In this document: positions 1 to 12,233 of the stretch, piece by piece
How positions within the stretch are numbered: position 1 is the stretch's first letter
Layout of the letters: every line of letters starts with the position of its first letter
Origin: Utricularia gibba
Taxonomy: Eukaryota > Plantae > Magnoliophyta
NCBI GenBank assembly: GCA_002189035.1
Contig: CM007991.1
Span: 4,712,001-4,776,000, forward strand
Reading direction: 5' to 3'
Length of the DNA stretch: 64,000 nucleotides
The notes under the pieces: generated by a model
The model's input: the letters and a program-made list of their open reading frames with translations, nothing else
Told to the model about the DNA's origin: nothing
The model's database searches: none
Position numbers and translations under genes: made by a program

Positions 1-2294
1 GAGGGTGACATGTTGTTGAGTATAACAGCTTAGTGCCAAGTTTACTCCAAAGAACTCTCCAAAAGTGACTAAGAAACCTTGCATCTCGATCAGAGACAAT
101 AGTTAGGGGCATTCCATGAAGTCTAACAACTTCCCTAGAGAAGAGATCAGCCACATGAGATGCATCATCAGTTTTATGGCAGGGAATAAAATGTGCCATC
201 TTTGAAAACCTGTCCACAACAACGAAAATTGAATCTCTACCCCTTTGGGTACGAGGTAAGCCTAAAACAAAGTCCATAGAAATGTCCACCCATGGTTGGG
301 AAGGAGTAGGGAGTGGAGTATACAAACCATTAGGGGCAGTGGTTGATTTAGCCTTCCTACAAGAGATACATCTAGAACAAATTCTTTCAACATCCCTTCT
401 CATGTGTGGTCAAAAGAAATGTTGGGTGAGAGTATCAAGAGTCTTTTTAACACCAAAATGTCCCATTAGTCCCCCACCATGAGCTTCTCTAACAATAAAA
501 TCACGTATGGAGCAAGAAGGAATGCACAGCCTATCTTTCCCATAAAGAAAACCATCTTTCCTGAAGAATAGTCCAGATGGAGCAAGTTCACATGCCTTAT
601 AAATATCCCCAAAATCGTGATCATGAACATATAAGTCAATGATGGAAGCAAATCCAAGAATTCTTGCATCAAGATTGGCTAAAAAGAGTGTACCTTCGAG
701 ATAAAGCATCAGCAACCACATTCTCCTTACCTTTCTTGTATTTGATCACATATGAAAATGTGTCAATGAATTCCACCCACTTAGCATGTGTTCTATTCAG
801 CTTTCCTTGAGCCTTCAAATGTTTGAGAGACTCATGATCAGTGTGTATCACGAACTCCTTAGGCCACAAGTAGTGCTGCCATGTCTCCAAAGCTCTAACC
901 AACGCAAACAACTCTTTGTCATATGTTGGATAGTTGAGGGTGGCACCATGAAGCTTCTCACTAAAATAAGCAAGTGGACGTCCCTTTTGCATCAACACAG
1001 CACCAATCCCTAAACCTGATGCATCACATTCAATTTCAAAAGTATCAGAAAAATTTGGAAGTGCTAGGAGAGGTGTTGAGCAAAGCTTATTCTTGAGTTG
1101 TTTGAAAGCATGTTCCTGCTCATCTCCCCAATGAAATGCATGATTTTTCTTGATCAACTGGGTGAGGGGTGCTGCTATAGAACTGAAGTCCCTAACAAAC
1201 CGTCTATAGAAACTTGCTAAACCATGAAAACTCCTAACTTCACCCACTGATTTAGGTGTTGGCCATTCTTTAATTGCTCTTACTTTCTCTTCATCCACAG
1301 CTACTCTTGCATCACTTACAACATATCCAAGAAAAGAGACACTATTTGTGCAAAAGACACACTTCTTGATGTTAGCAAACAACTTCTCTTTTCTAAGAGT
1401 ATCTAACACATCTTTCAAATGCCCTAAATGTTCCTCAATACTCTTACTATAGATAAGAATATCATCAAAATAAACAACAACAAATCTACCTATAAAAGGC
1501 CTAAGAACGTGATTCATCAATCTCATAAAGGTGCTAGGAGCATTGGTTAACCCAAAAGGCATAACAACCCACTCATAGAAACCAAACTTAGTTTTAAAAG
1601 CAGTTTTTCACTCATCACCTTCCTTCATTCTAATTTGATGATACCCACTTCTCAAATCAATCTTACTAAAAACACAAGCACCATGCAATTCATCAAGCAT
1701 ATCTTCAAGTCTAGGGATAGGATGTCTATACTTGATTGTGATGTTGTTGATGGCGCGACAATCAGTACACATCCGCCAAGTTCCATCAGACTTTGGAACC
1801 AATAACACTGGTACTGAGCAGGGGCTCATGCTCTAACGCACAAATCCTTTAAACACCAATTCCTCAACTTGTTTTTGTATTTCCTTCGTCTCCTCTGGAT
1901 TGGCTCGGTATGCTGGTCGGTTTGGGAGTTGTGCTCCAGGGACAAGGTCAATTTGATGCTCAATCTCTCTAAGGAGGGGTAAGCCTTGAAGTTCTTCTGG
2001 AAAAACATCTTCATATACCTGTAAGAGAGACACAACACAAGATGGAATGGATGAAGCATGGTTAGGGGAAGTAGGAACTTCATCATTATACATGAATAGA
2101 AAGAATGGTTGCCTAGCATGAAGTAAGTGTCTCTCAATTTCTAAAACTCTTATGTTTCCACTTTCTGTTTTGCGCTCATTTTCATCCTTTTTTCCACTCA
2201 ATTCCTTGCCATCTCTTCTTTTTTCTCCACTTTTTCGCATCTTTTTTTCACTCATTTTCACTCCACTTGTATCTTCTCCCTTAGGAACGACCAC
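1..2294 (-). pseudogene. pol: CRM pol (RT, RNase H, integrase) broken by stops and frameshifts
   Basis: Successive ORFs 1833-2294, 1608-1829, 669-1562 and 410-721 carry consecutive pol motifs ([41 protein letters not shown]); the integrase core reads on the minus strand to position 1. Confidence 0.9.
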
Positions 2295-2347
2295 CTTGTA
2301 CTTTCCATTATCAGTATGAAGGGCTCTAGCATCACTCAGGATTCTGA

Positions 2348-4072
2348 TTATGGAGCAAGTGTGATGGAGCGTCCATTATGATTGAAGGAATACTTGTTCT
2401 TAAAACCATCATGAAATGCTATTCTATCATATTTCCAAGGTCTCCCAAGAAGAATATGGCTTGCATGCATAGGAACAACATCACATAGGACTTTATCTTC
2501 ATATCTCCCAATGGAAAACGTCACAAGCACTTGTTTAGTAACCTTTACCTCACTTCCTTCATTGAACCACTGCAGATTGTAAGGCTTAGGATGCCTCACG
2601 GTTGGTAGTCCCAATTTCTCCACCAAGATGTTGCTGGCAACATTGGTGCAACTACCTCCATCAATAATCAGGCTGCAAACTTTCCCATTAACAAAGCATC
2701 GGGTTTGAAACAAGTTCTCCCTTTGCTCATCATTATCCTTCACTCCAATGTTAAGTGTTCTTCGAGTGACTAAGACTTCTCCAGAAACAGGCAATTCATC
2801 CTCATCACTCAATTCAGCATCGGTCTCCACCAGATCATCCTCATCTTCACTAACCACTTCTCCATTGCCTCTTATCACTATTGCTCGTTTATTTGGACAT
2901 TCAGAAGCAATATGTCCATGCCCCAAACATTTGAAACATTTTATGTTCCTTGTAGTACCCTTTGGAGGTGGTATTCGCTCCCTATGCTTGGAACTTGATG
3001 GGATGTCGAATTTCAAGTTTTCTGTGGATAACTTCCCCTTATTTCTCTCCAGTAACTCTTTGGTGCCTCCAAATCTCGAACCAGGAGGTCTCTTGTTGAA
3101 ATCTTGAGCAAAACTCTTGTTAGAGAGTTGTTTCTCAACTATTGTTGCCATATCAATCATGTCCTCCATCTCAATGTAGTGATGAAGTTCCACAATATTT
3201 GCAATGTCCTTATTCATCCCATGAAGAAACCTAGCCATAGTTGCTTCTCTATCTTCCTGAACATGAGCTCTAATCATTAAAATCTCCATTTCCTGCCAAT
3301 ATTCCTCCACTGGCCTTGAGCCCTGCTTGAGATTTTGCAAACGTTGATAAACATCTCTTTGGTAATGGTTTGGAACAAACCGCCTCCTCATAACTCTTTT
3401 CATCTCAGCCCAAGTGTGAATTGGTTCTTCAGAGTCAATCCTTCTTTTAGCCACCAATTGATCCCACCAAATGACAGCATAGTCACTAAATTCCATGGAG
3501 GCCAATCTGATTTTCTTTTCGTCAGAGAAGGTGTTGCAATCAAAGACATGTTCTACTCTTGTTTCCCATTGGAGATATGCATCTGGATCATTCTTTCCTT
3601 GAAATTGAGGTATCTTCATCTTGATGTTGTTAACATCCTTTCCAATTCTTCCTCCGTCTCTTCTACCTCCCTGATCTCGAAATCTTCTTGTATCCCCATG
3701 CACAAAATCATTTTCACTATGTTCAATGTAGTCATCTTCTTCATCAGTATTCAGGGTTCGATCTCTTCTTCCAACAGTCCTTGCACTTCGTTGATCACTT
3801 ACGTCATGTTCAGTGTTGATGCGTTGATGCATTTGACTGCCTCGACCCCTTCCAGCAGCATAATTATCTTGTCTTCGTGCTCTTGCAACATTTTGCAAAG
3901 AATTTTCGTGTTCATCAAGCCTGACATTTATGTTTTCCAGAATGCGATGCAATCTAGTGAACTCCTGTTGCATAGCTTTCAAAGTGAACCTCTCATCCGG
4001 TGAGTCATCCTTTTCATGCTCACTTCTGGAATTTGACATCCTAAATACAGGAGAAAAGAAAACGAGCAGCAA
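2348..4072 (-). CDS. gag: CRM Gag-protease ORF (574 aa), terminated before RT
   Basis: ORF track; retrotransposon gag core KIPQFQGKNDPDAYLQWE, CCHC knuckle, aspartic protease D(G)G motif. Confidence 0.9.
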   Translation of the reverse strand: MLLVFFSPVFRMSNSRSEHEKDDSPDERFTLKAMQQEFTRLHRILENINVRLDEHENSLQNVARARRQDNYAAGRGRGSQMHQRINTEHDVSDQRSARTVGRRDRTLNTDEEDDYIEHSENDFVHGDTRRFRDQGGRRDGGRIGKDVNNIKMKIPQFQGKNDPDAYLQWETRVEHVFDCNTFSDEKKIRLASMEFSDYAVIWWDQLVAKRRIDSEEPIHTWAEMKRVMRRRFVPNHYQRDVYQRLQNLKQGSRPVEEYWQEMEILMIRAHVQEDREATMARFLHGMNKDIANIVELHHYIEMEDMIDMATIVEKQLSNKSFAQDFNKRPPGSRFGGTKELLERNKGKLSTENLKFDIPSSSKHRERIPPPKGTTRNIKCFKCLGHGHIASECPNKRAIVIRGNGEVVSEDEDDLVETDAELSDEDELPVSGEVLVTRRTLNIGVKDNDEQRENLFQTRCFVNGKVCSLIIDGGSCTNVASNILVEKLGLPTVRHPKPYNLQWFNEGSEVKVTKQVLVTFSIGRYEDKVLCDVVPMHASHILLGRPWKYDRIAFHDGFKNKYSFNHNGRSITLAP

Positions 4073-4864
4073 GGAAGAAAAGAGACTAAACTAACAGAAC
4101 AAAGAAACACACACAAGATTTACCACTCAATCCTCAAGCTTCAAGTCCTTGATGCACTCTTTAATGTCATCATGCTTGTTCTCATGGCATCTAACGAATT
4201 AATTACTTCCAGATTGGTATTGATTATAGTGTAATGATGGAGTTAGGTGAGGGTGGCAGTATTAATAGTCTCAAGATGGAGACAAAGGGAAGTGTTTAAA
4301 TTAAATTGGTTGCTTGTTGGAATAGATAAATAGGAAGGATGGACAACAAGGTAAGAACAGATGAAATCAGAGAATAGAGCACTACACACGAAATGTGTTG
4401 CATGCTAAACTATAGAAATACAGGAATGGGCAATCAACAAAGAGAATAGTCAAATGGAAAGGTGGGGACACGTGAATGACAGGGGATGGTAATTGAAGAT
4501 AAGAAAAACAACAATTAAGTGGTTGCTTGGTGGAATGGGAAAAGTAGAGAGGTGGGCCACAATTTAAACATACATAATAATGGATGATAGTGATGGGTAA
4601 TGGATGTTCACCTTCACACTCCTTATCCTCTTGCACACTTGAAAATGATATTCAATGTGTTCTTGCCATTCAATTGACACTCAATTTCGAGCTCTTTTTC
4701 AATCAACTTCCTGTGAACCTCCCTTTTTTTTTTTTTGTACTAAAGCCAAAAGTAAAAAGGACTTGGCTTGAACGATTTTTTTTTTTTTTTTTTTTTTTTT
4801 TGAATAGGCAGGAATGGAAGAACTCAAACAAGAACTGGATAATAATAAGGATAAGGAACCCAAA

Positions 4865-4876
4865 GCTCTGATACCA
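4865..4876 (-). promoter_or_regulatory. Primer-binding site, tRNA-iMet type
   Basis: gctctgatacca on + is TGGTATCAGAGC on -, 2 nt from the LTR end. Confidence 0.9.
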
Positions 4877-4878
4877 AA

Positions 4879-5810
4879 TGATGTGACCCTCTAATCTATA
4901 GAGATTAGCAACCCACAAAAAAGAGGTGATTTTGAAGCTTAGAAGAGAACCCACCCAAGTCTACCCTCAAGAGAATAAATCTCTTGCAACCAGACTTCGA
5001 AACAAAGAAAATTAGGAGCCACACTTCAGAAAAGAGAAGGGATTGGAAGTGATAATCCTAGAACACCACAAGCTCAAAGCTTGATAAGTTAAGAGTGTAC
5101 AAGCACTCAAAGAGGAGGAGAATCCTCATCACATACATGAAAAATGACTAAAAGTCCTGAAATAGAACATCTCTAGCACATTTATGTTGGAGATCAGCTT
5201 CAATCCAAAGTTTGAAGGTGATTGGAAGCACTAATCTTGTGTCATAATGTTATATTTCAGATAAAAGGTGTTGAGTTCGAGCATGGAAGTGTTGGATTCG
5301 AGTTGTTGGGCTTTTTGTGTGTTTTCAATAATTGTGGCCCACTGTTGGGTAACCTAGGTATTGGGTATATATAAACCCTACTAGGAATGCGTGTCAATGA
5401 GGTTTTCGGTCATTCTTATTGTTCATGAGTCGTTTTTCATCCAAGGTGATCTCATAAGCATTACCTTTTTGTTACTTCCCAAGACTCTATTTTTCTTGCA
5501 ACAACAATTTATACTCTAGAATTGGGCTCTAACATTATATAGCCCAAACTAAATGAAATAGAAAAGTCTAACAAGCCCAATGGTTTAAGGTAAATCCACC
5601 TTCAAGTAGTTGAGCTCTTTTGATGGGATGTCTTCAAGCCCATGTTTGATTCCAATGGTATTGAGTAGAGGCTTAAGTGTATTTTCAACCATCTTTGTCT
5701 TGCTCCTAGTCATTGGTCATAGTGGAATCATCTTTGTTTCTAATGTGTTCACTTGGACAAACTCCTCATCATTCTTCAAATACACTTCATTATCTTCCTA
5801 GGGCTCATCA
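4879..5810 (-). repeat. 5' LTR of CRM copy A (~605 bp native), interrupted by a copia solo LTR
   Basis: Termini tgatgagccc...gtcacatca on the minus strand; homologous to 35990-36612 and 16000-16042. Confidence 0.88.
5185..5506 (+). mobile_element. Solo LTR of the short-LTR copia family, 5-bp TSD ATTTA
   Basis: TGTTGG...CAACA termini; ATTTA at 5180-5184 and 5507-5511; near-identical to LTRs at 12234, 20757 and 24808. Confidence 0.95.
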
Positions 5811-6299
5811 CAAAATTTGGAAGTTAGACTCGAAAACCAGTTTATGGGTTGGATAGATTTGGGAGGTTTTAAAAACAAATTCATAACTTCTTGCTCCCAT
5901 CTCCAAACCAAGAAATGCTTTTTGACACATGACCAAAACTTCAAGGGTTGAAAAAGTCACATTTATCATACCCAAAGAATCATAGTGCATAAAAAGTCAC
6001 ATTTATCGATCAGCACATAAAAATCAAAAAAATATAAAGAGAGCCACGTAAGTACAGATTTGCATATATAACATAGTATAGATTCAGAACCCATCATCCT
6101 ACTTACTCTTGTCCACATCGGCTCCTTTGAATGCTGAACACTTCATATATGCCTCTGCTATGAACTTGTGAAATTCCGTGATTTCGACATTGCTACATAG
6201 CTCTTAGAAGATCGAACTCGACCATGATGCAAACTACTTTTGCGATATCATTCTCAAAAGATCTCCCTTCAATTCCCCATGCTTTCCTCCTTCAGAATG

Positions 6300-8100
6300 T
6301 TTTTTCCTTCACATATGCTCTCTTCATAACCTCATTAATACTTATGCAAAAGTCCTCTATACGATATACTTGTCATCATCTTATTAAAAGACATGACACT
6401 TTCCAATTTGCCATTGTTGCATATTTGATGTTTGTTTGTTCTATAAATTCTTTTCCATCTATTTCAATCCCAATTCTAAAAGCTCATTGTAAAACCTTAA
6501 GTTTCCTATGCCATAAGACCATTCAGACATCATTTTATTGATCTATTCATTAAATATAGTATAGTAGTTACTGCATAACCCCAAAACTCTCAAGGCATTT
6601 TCTTAGTATGTAATAAAGCTACGAGCCATTTTCAAAATAATACAATTTCTCTGCCCCACCACACTTGTGGTGTTCTTGTAGTTGTAAGAGATTTGTAAAC
6701 ACCAATTTCTCTGTCATTTAGAATAAACTCACCATCTCTATCACATCTATGGGTTTTGATTTTCAAACCATTAAGAAGGTCAACATGACTTAAACTACTC
6801 AAACAAACCAAAATCAGGAATTTGGTATCTTTATATAAATTCATGTCCTTCGAGAATAATCATCAACAAATAATAAAAAAATATTCATTTCCTTGAACCA
6901 TTCTTCGCTTAATTTGCCCCCTAACACATTTCCATGAATCAATTCTGGATAGTCATTTGGGACTTACAATCCTTGCTTTCCTATGACATGTGCTTCACAT
7001 AATTCATTTGAATAGCATATAATCAGCTATCCCCTAACCATTTCACTTCTGTTTAGCATGGTAAGATTATCAAAATCTAAATGACTCTACCTCATATTTC
7101 ATTTCCATGCATCTGATTTATAGCATAAATTCAGGCAAATTGGTGAGGCATGATTAATTTTCAAGCAAGAACACATGGTTGGCTATCATCTTCACATTTG
7201 TAATTCTCTTTTTCTTTGCAGCTTTGATCTCCAACCTGTTATCTGTTAAAATAATCTCAAATTCATTCTTGAGCATTTGTCCAAGATTAAAAATAGTGTA
7301 TTTGAACTGAAGAATGCACAAACATCCATAATGATTTTATGACCGCCATTCTTCAAGGAGAATAATATATCTTCCTTGCCTACCACTTGAAGTTTAGGAC
7401 AATCTCCAAGAGAGACATATTCTACATAAGAACTATCAAGTTGATGAAATAATGCTTAATCTCCACACATATGACTGTTTGCTCCTGAGTGTGCAACTTA
7501 TCAACAAGTCATGAGAAGTGTTGTTGAGCATATTTCAGCTTTTATATTACTTTGGGAATTTTTCACACACCGTTAGTTTGCTCTTTAATATTCTCACATT
7601 CCCATGAATAATGGCCTTTCTAGTGTCAAGAATAACAATCATCATTTAATTTATCAACTCGTTTGGATGTCCCAGACTCAACACCTTCCTCTTCCTCTGC
7701 AACTCCAATTGCCTCTACCTCATGAACCTGCCAGTATTTTCATTATTCTAATTAGTCAAAGTTATGATCCAACACCCTTGTCCACATCCTCAACCATTAC
7801 TTTGACCTTTCCCCAACCTCTTGTCTTACCACTCTCAAAGGTTTTCAACATGAAGAAGTTATGCACTAGCCTCACCATGTGGCTTCAAGTGTTAATGTAT
7901 CAATATTGTTTGCTTCATCAATTGCAATGGTAATATATTGATATGTCTTATGAAAAGAGTGTAGAACTTACTTAATTCATCTGGTTCATTATCACTTTAA
8001 TTCTGATTATGCAATCAGTAATTCCTTCATCACATAATGGTCAAATGTCCTGAAATTCTCCTCGCATTCTATGTAATCTCACCCTAAGAACTTCATCAGC
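6300..8100 (-). pseudogene. Highly degenerate Ty1/copia gag-PR-integrase remnant
   Basis: Minus-strand translations resemble copia motifs: KIKTHRCDRDGEF...TTRTPQ (IN), EFWGYAVTTILYLMNRS, QVVGKEDILFSLKNG, and an RG-rich gag tail; many stops. Confidence 0.6.
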
Positions 8101-8149
8101 CCCTTAAAATAAAGCCAACAAAGCATCTCATGCTTGCTTCATATTTGTT

Positions 8150-11100
8150 GCTCTTACAACCTTTTCAAACATTTGATCATGCAAGACCTGATAATCTATG
8201 CAAGCCCGCCATCCATTTTGCACCCTTTGTGGAACAAGCTCGCCTTTCTCATTTTCCACCACGGTCATCCCTATCTCCTTTGGCACCACGTGAATGGGGC
8301 TCACCCATTCACTATCTGTGATAGAATAAATAATCCTTGCATTATGAAGTTTGACAATTTCTTTTCTTACCACCTCCATTATGTTTGGGTTGAGGCGTCT
8401 TTGAGGTTGACGAATTCGTTTTGGGCCATCCTCTAGAAAAATTCTGTGCATGCATATGGATGGGCAGATCCCCTCAATGCCATCAAGCGTCCAACATGTC
8501 ACCTTCTTGTTTCTGTTCAGGACTTCGAGAAGTTGCGACTCTTCGTCTAAGCTCAGAGCAGTGGAAATGATGGTAGGGTTCCTGAACTCTGTGTCAAGAA
8601 AAATATATTTTAAATGGTTAGGCAACGGTTTCAATTCAGCTAACCTCTCTTCCTGAGTCTTGGCTTGCACCATATTTAATTGCTCGAATTTTTCTTCAGC
8701 TTCAAAGTTTTGCAAATAAAGATTCTTTATGAGCCTCTTCTTTTCTTGAATTTCTTTCTTCAAGTACTCCTCAATGAGTCCATCCATAACGTCCACATCA
8801 CAAATGCTCTCAAAATCACTGGGATCTTCACATCCTTCATGTCCAGTGTGATTTTTTCTTCATCAAAAGAAAGCTCAATGGTCCCCATTTTCACATTGTT
8901 GTTAGTGTTTGAAGTGCTCAAGAATGGTCTCCCCAAGATAATTGTTGTGTCCTTTGATACTCTAGTGGGCATGTTCATAACGTAAAAATCAGTTGGGAAC
9001 ACAAGATGCTCAATTTTCACAAAAACATCCTCAGCCAAGCCTTTGGAGAGATCACTCTCCTATCCGCTAGCTCAATTTTCACACCCGATGCTTGCAAAGG
9101 TCCCAACCTAAGTGCCTCATAAACAGAATCCGACATGACATTTATAGAAGCTCCCAGGTCTACCATAGCTCTCCTGATGCACAAATCTCCTATTTTGCAT
9201 GGAATAAAAAAATATACCCGAATCCTTACGCTTCTCCGGTAATTTCCATGTTAAAATTGCTGAGACGCTATCACTCAATTTAACCTTTCCTTTCTCTTTC
9301 AGCTTCGGTTTAGACATATACAATTGCTTCAAATATTTGACACTCTTTGACACAAGATCAATATACTTCAAGAGGGTCAAATTCAATTGAGTGTTCCCCA
9401 ATGCTTTCAACATATTTTTCTTCTCGGTTTGCTCTTCCTTCAGCTTCAGCCTTCCTGGAAAAGGAGGCTGGGTTACCTTCACCGTGATAGGTTCTGGAAG
9501 TACCTCCACTTCATCCTCACTATATACAATAACTTCGTACTCCTCTATTTCGTTCTCCTTATTCTCAGTTTGGACTAGTTCTCGTTGATGCTTTTCTTTT
9601 CCACTCTTAAGTGTCATGGTGCTGATGTTCGGTCGTTCACTGGAATTTGGGTTTGGCTTGGGTTGAGATGGCAAGCTCCCTTTCTGTTTCAGGTCTCCAA
9701 GTTCTACTGCCATCTGACTCACTTGAACCTTCAAATTCCAGATTGCTTGTTGATTTTCAGCTTGATTCTTGTTTGATTGCGCCATGAATGTCTTCAACCT
9801 TTCCTCCAAAGAATTTCCAGAATGTACTCCAACATTGCCTTAATTTGAGGCTTGGAATGGCTGGTGGTTCTGTTGGTTTTGCTTTCGAAATGGAGGTGCC
9901 TGATAAGATCTTTGATCCTGAAAATTTTGCTGCCCCATGGTTGAGCTCTCCCCTTTATAAGAATTTTTGTTGTTGCTCCAATGAAAATTTAGATGATCCC
10001 TCCAGCTTGGGTTCTAATTATTTGAATAAGGATCATACTTCTTCCTCTGCTGGGGCTCCAAATATCCCATAGCCTTGACCTGCTCCTGTTCAAATAAATC
10101 TGGGCACTTGTCCGCGACTTGCCCTGTTATGTGATAGTTCCCGCACGACATGTTCTTAGCCTGGAATAAGAATAACTTCTTCATCATTTTAGACATAGCA
10201 GCAATATTTTTCGAGAGTTCATTTTCAAAAACCCTTGGCTTGCTCTCCACATCATACACTCTCTTGTTTGAGGTTTGCTTCCTGATAATATGTCTTGAAT
10301 GCTCAGCCAACTCCTCAAGCAAGGAAAGAGCCTCAGTTGGTGTCTTCTTCCTTAAAAATCCTCCCGCCGCCGAATCTACCATGGGTCGGTCAGTGCATAA
10401 CAATCCATCATAGAAGTATTTGACCAAAGCATTGGTCTGAAAAACCATGGTGTGGGCAAGAACCTAAAAGATGATTAAATCTCTCCCAATATTCGTGCAA
10501 TGATTCTCCACTCATTTGTTCAATATCACTAATTTTTTTTCTAATTCCTTCAGCCTTGGAAGCTGAAAAATATTTGCTCAAAAACATCTTCTTCATTCCA
10601 GCCCAATCGGTTATGCTTCTAGACCTTAGTGAGTTGAACTACGTCTTGGCTCTTCCTTCAATGTAAATTAGAAAGCTCTCAAACAAATTGAATCTTCAGT
10701 CATTCCAGCTCCCTTGAATGATGTACATACCGTTGTTACGTTGTCTAGATGCTCATGGGGATTTTCTCCAATTCTTCAAATAACCTAATTCCCTATATTA
10801 TCACCAACATTGCAATTAGGTCTACCCGCATTCAAAGCATATAGAACTAGGTCTATCCGGTTCTACTAGTTGTATCCCGAACTAACACCTACTGCTCACG
10901 TCTTGATTTGCTGGTCTACCTCTAAATCAAGCATCTAAGTTGTGAAGCTACTTGTTCCCGTCCTTAGGTTTACCCATGGATTGATAGAAACAAAAGCTAA
11001 GGAACAATAATGAATTTTATTAAGATTCCTAGATCCACACCACCATGCTTTAGCTTAAAGCATCCCTAGAGCTTTAGCTACTCATACTTTGAAGGTAATA

Positions 11101-11766
11101 CAGGATAGCATTAACATAAAATAACGAAAATGTTAAGAACATCGTGCAGAAGTTGGTTGCAAAAACTAATAACATCAATAAACTAAAATAAAGCAGTAAG
11201 AGTTCTGGTTTCCGTCTGCTACTGCTCATGAGTCGGAATAGTAGCGCTGAACTGGTTCTGATGCTATTCTTGAGGATGAAGTTCTTCTTCTCCTCTTCTG
11301 GTTGGTGTTCTTTGTGTTGGAGGTATTGTTGTTGGCGAAGGAGTTTTTGGGGAAGAAGTCCCCTCGTGTGTTTGCTGAAAATTTTGCTGAGAACCCCTTG
11401 CAATTCTCTCTCCTCCCCCTTTCTCTCGCCTCCCACTGCCCAAGGCAAGTACATTCTCTGATAAATCTGCTGCTCCTGGCCTTGACTTGCCAACTGCCGC
11501 TGAGACAATGTACTCATTGCTCCATGCCGCCTGGTGACTTGTACGAAATCCAGAATTCTTCCTTGATTCTCGGGTTGCTGCTAAACTCAAAAATCGGGTT
11601 AGACATGGGGTGGGCTAAATCAAAGGATTTACCTCACAAACACATCAAAAATCATATTTTTTCCCTAATCAAATACAAATACTTAAAACCATCAAATTAA
11701 AAACTAAAAAAAATTAAAAATTTGTGATTTTTCGTATCTTAGAACATGAAAATTTGTGTGCTATCA
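8150..11766 (-). mobile_element. Athila-like Ty3/gypsy element, copy 1 (partial LTR, gag, PR, RT N-terminus), truncated
   Basis: LKPLPNHLKYIFL, QPQRRLNP, WVSPIHVVPK and WRACIDY (Athila-type RT); gag ESLHEYWERF...CPHHGF; LTR 10774-11766 begins tgatagcacac on - and matches 50190-51197. Confidence 0.85.
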
Positions 11767-11879
11767 TCTTGATTCTGAGTCAGTGGTGTGTCCAAGATGA
11801 CAATGCCATAGTAACTTTCTATTACCTTCATGCAAAGTTTCAACAAGAAAAAAAATTGAAGGTAGTAGCACATTCACAA

Positions 11880-12190
11880 GGCTACTTCCTTAGTATCAGA
11901 CTTGTGAGCCACTTCAACAAACCCCTTGATCATACCTGACACACAGGATCTTCTTTCCACCACATAGACTCCATCACACACTCGTCCAATGCCGAGGAGT
12001 TTATTATTATCCTAGTCCTGTGGCAAGCAATAATAACTAGAAAATACAATATTGATTCCAATGTCATTGGCAAGTTTCTTGATGGATAATACATTGTACT
12101 TATACCCAAGGATATAGAGTGCATTCAGTAATTTTATCCATCTCGTTTCCGAACAGGTGCAAAATTTACAAATTGACCACTCGCTCCAGA
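11880..12190 (-). pseudogene. Degenerate Ale-like copia fragment (post-protease / pre-integrase region)
   Basis: IKLLNALYILGYKYNVLSIKKLANDIG...LLGIGRVCDGVY resembles the copia NVLYVP.FK.NLLS.SKL...IG.G...GLY motif. Confidence 0.55.
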
Positions 12191-12233
12191 TTGTCAAAAC
12201 TAGTTTTTTAACAACTAATGTGTGTGGCAGTAC

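Larger units (their letters stand above)
1..5810 (-). mobile_element. Ty3/gypsy CRM-clade (centromeric chromovirus) retrotransposon, copy A; 5' LTR, PBS, gag-pol, running off the window start inside integrase
   Basis: Minus-strand order is LTR (TGAT...ATCA), PBS tggtatcagagc, Gag with [39 protein letters not shown], RNase [29 protein letters not shown] and TIVSDRD. The CR-motif remnant PMTRSKTK is encoded in the LTR. Confidence 0.92.

Noticed and set aside
3335-4003. 222-aa plus-strand ORF (also 2748-3107 and 19749-20057)
   Set aside because: Antisense shadows of gag/pol codon usage (S/L/F-rich); no domain motif
11074-11700. Several 100-150 aa ORFs in the Athila LTR, and similar ORFs at 50267-50916
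   Set aside because: Low-complexity purine/pyrimidine-skewed LTR sequence; frames are not conserved between the LTR copies
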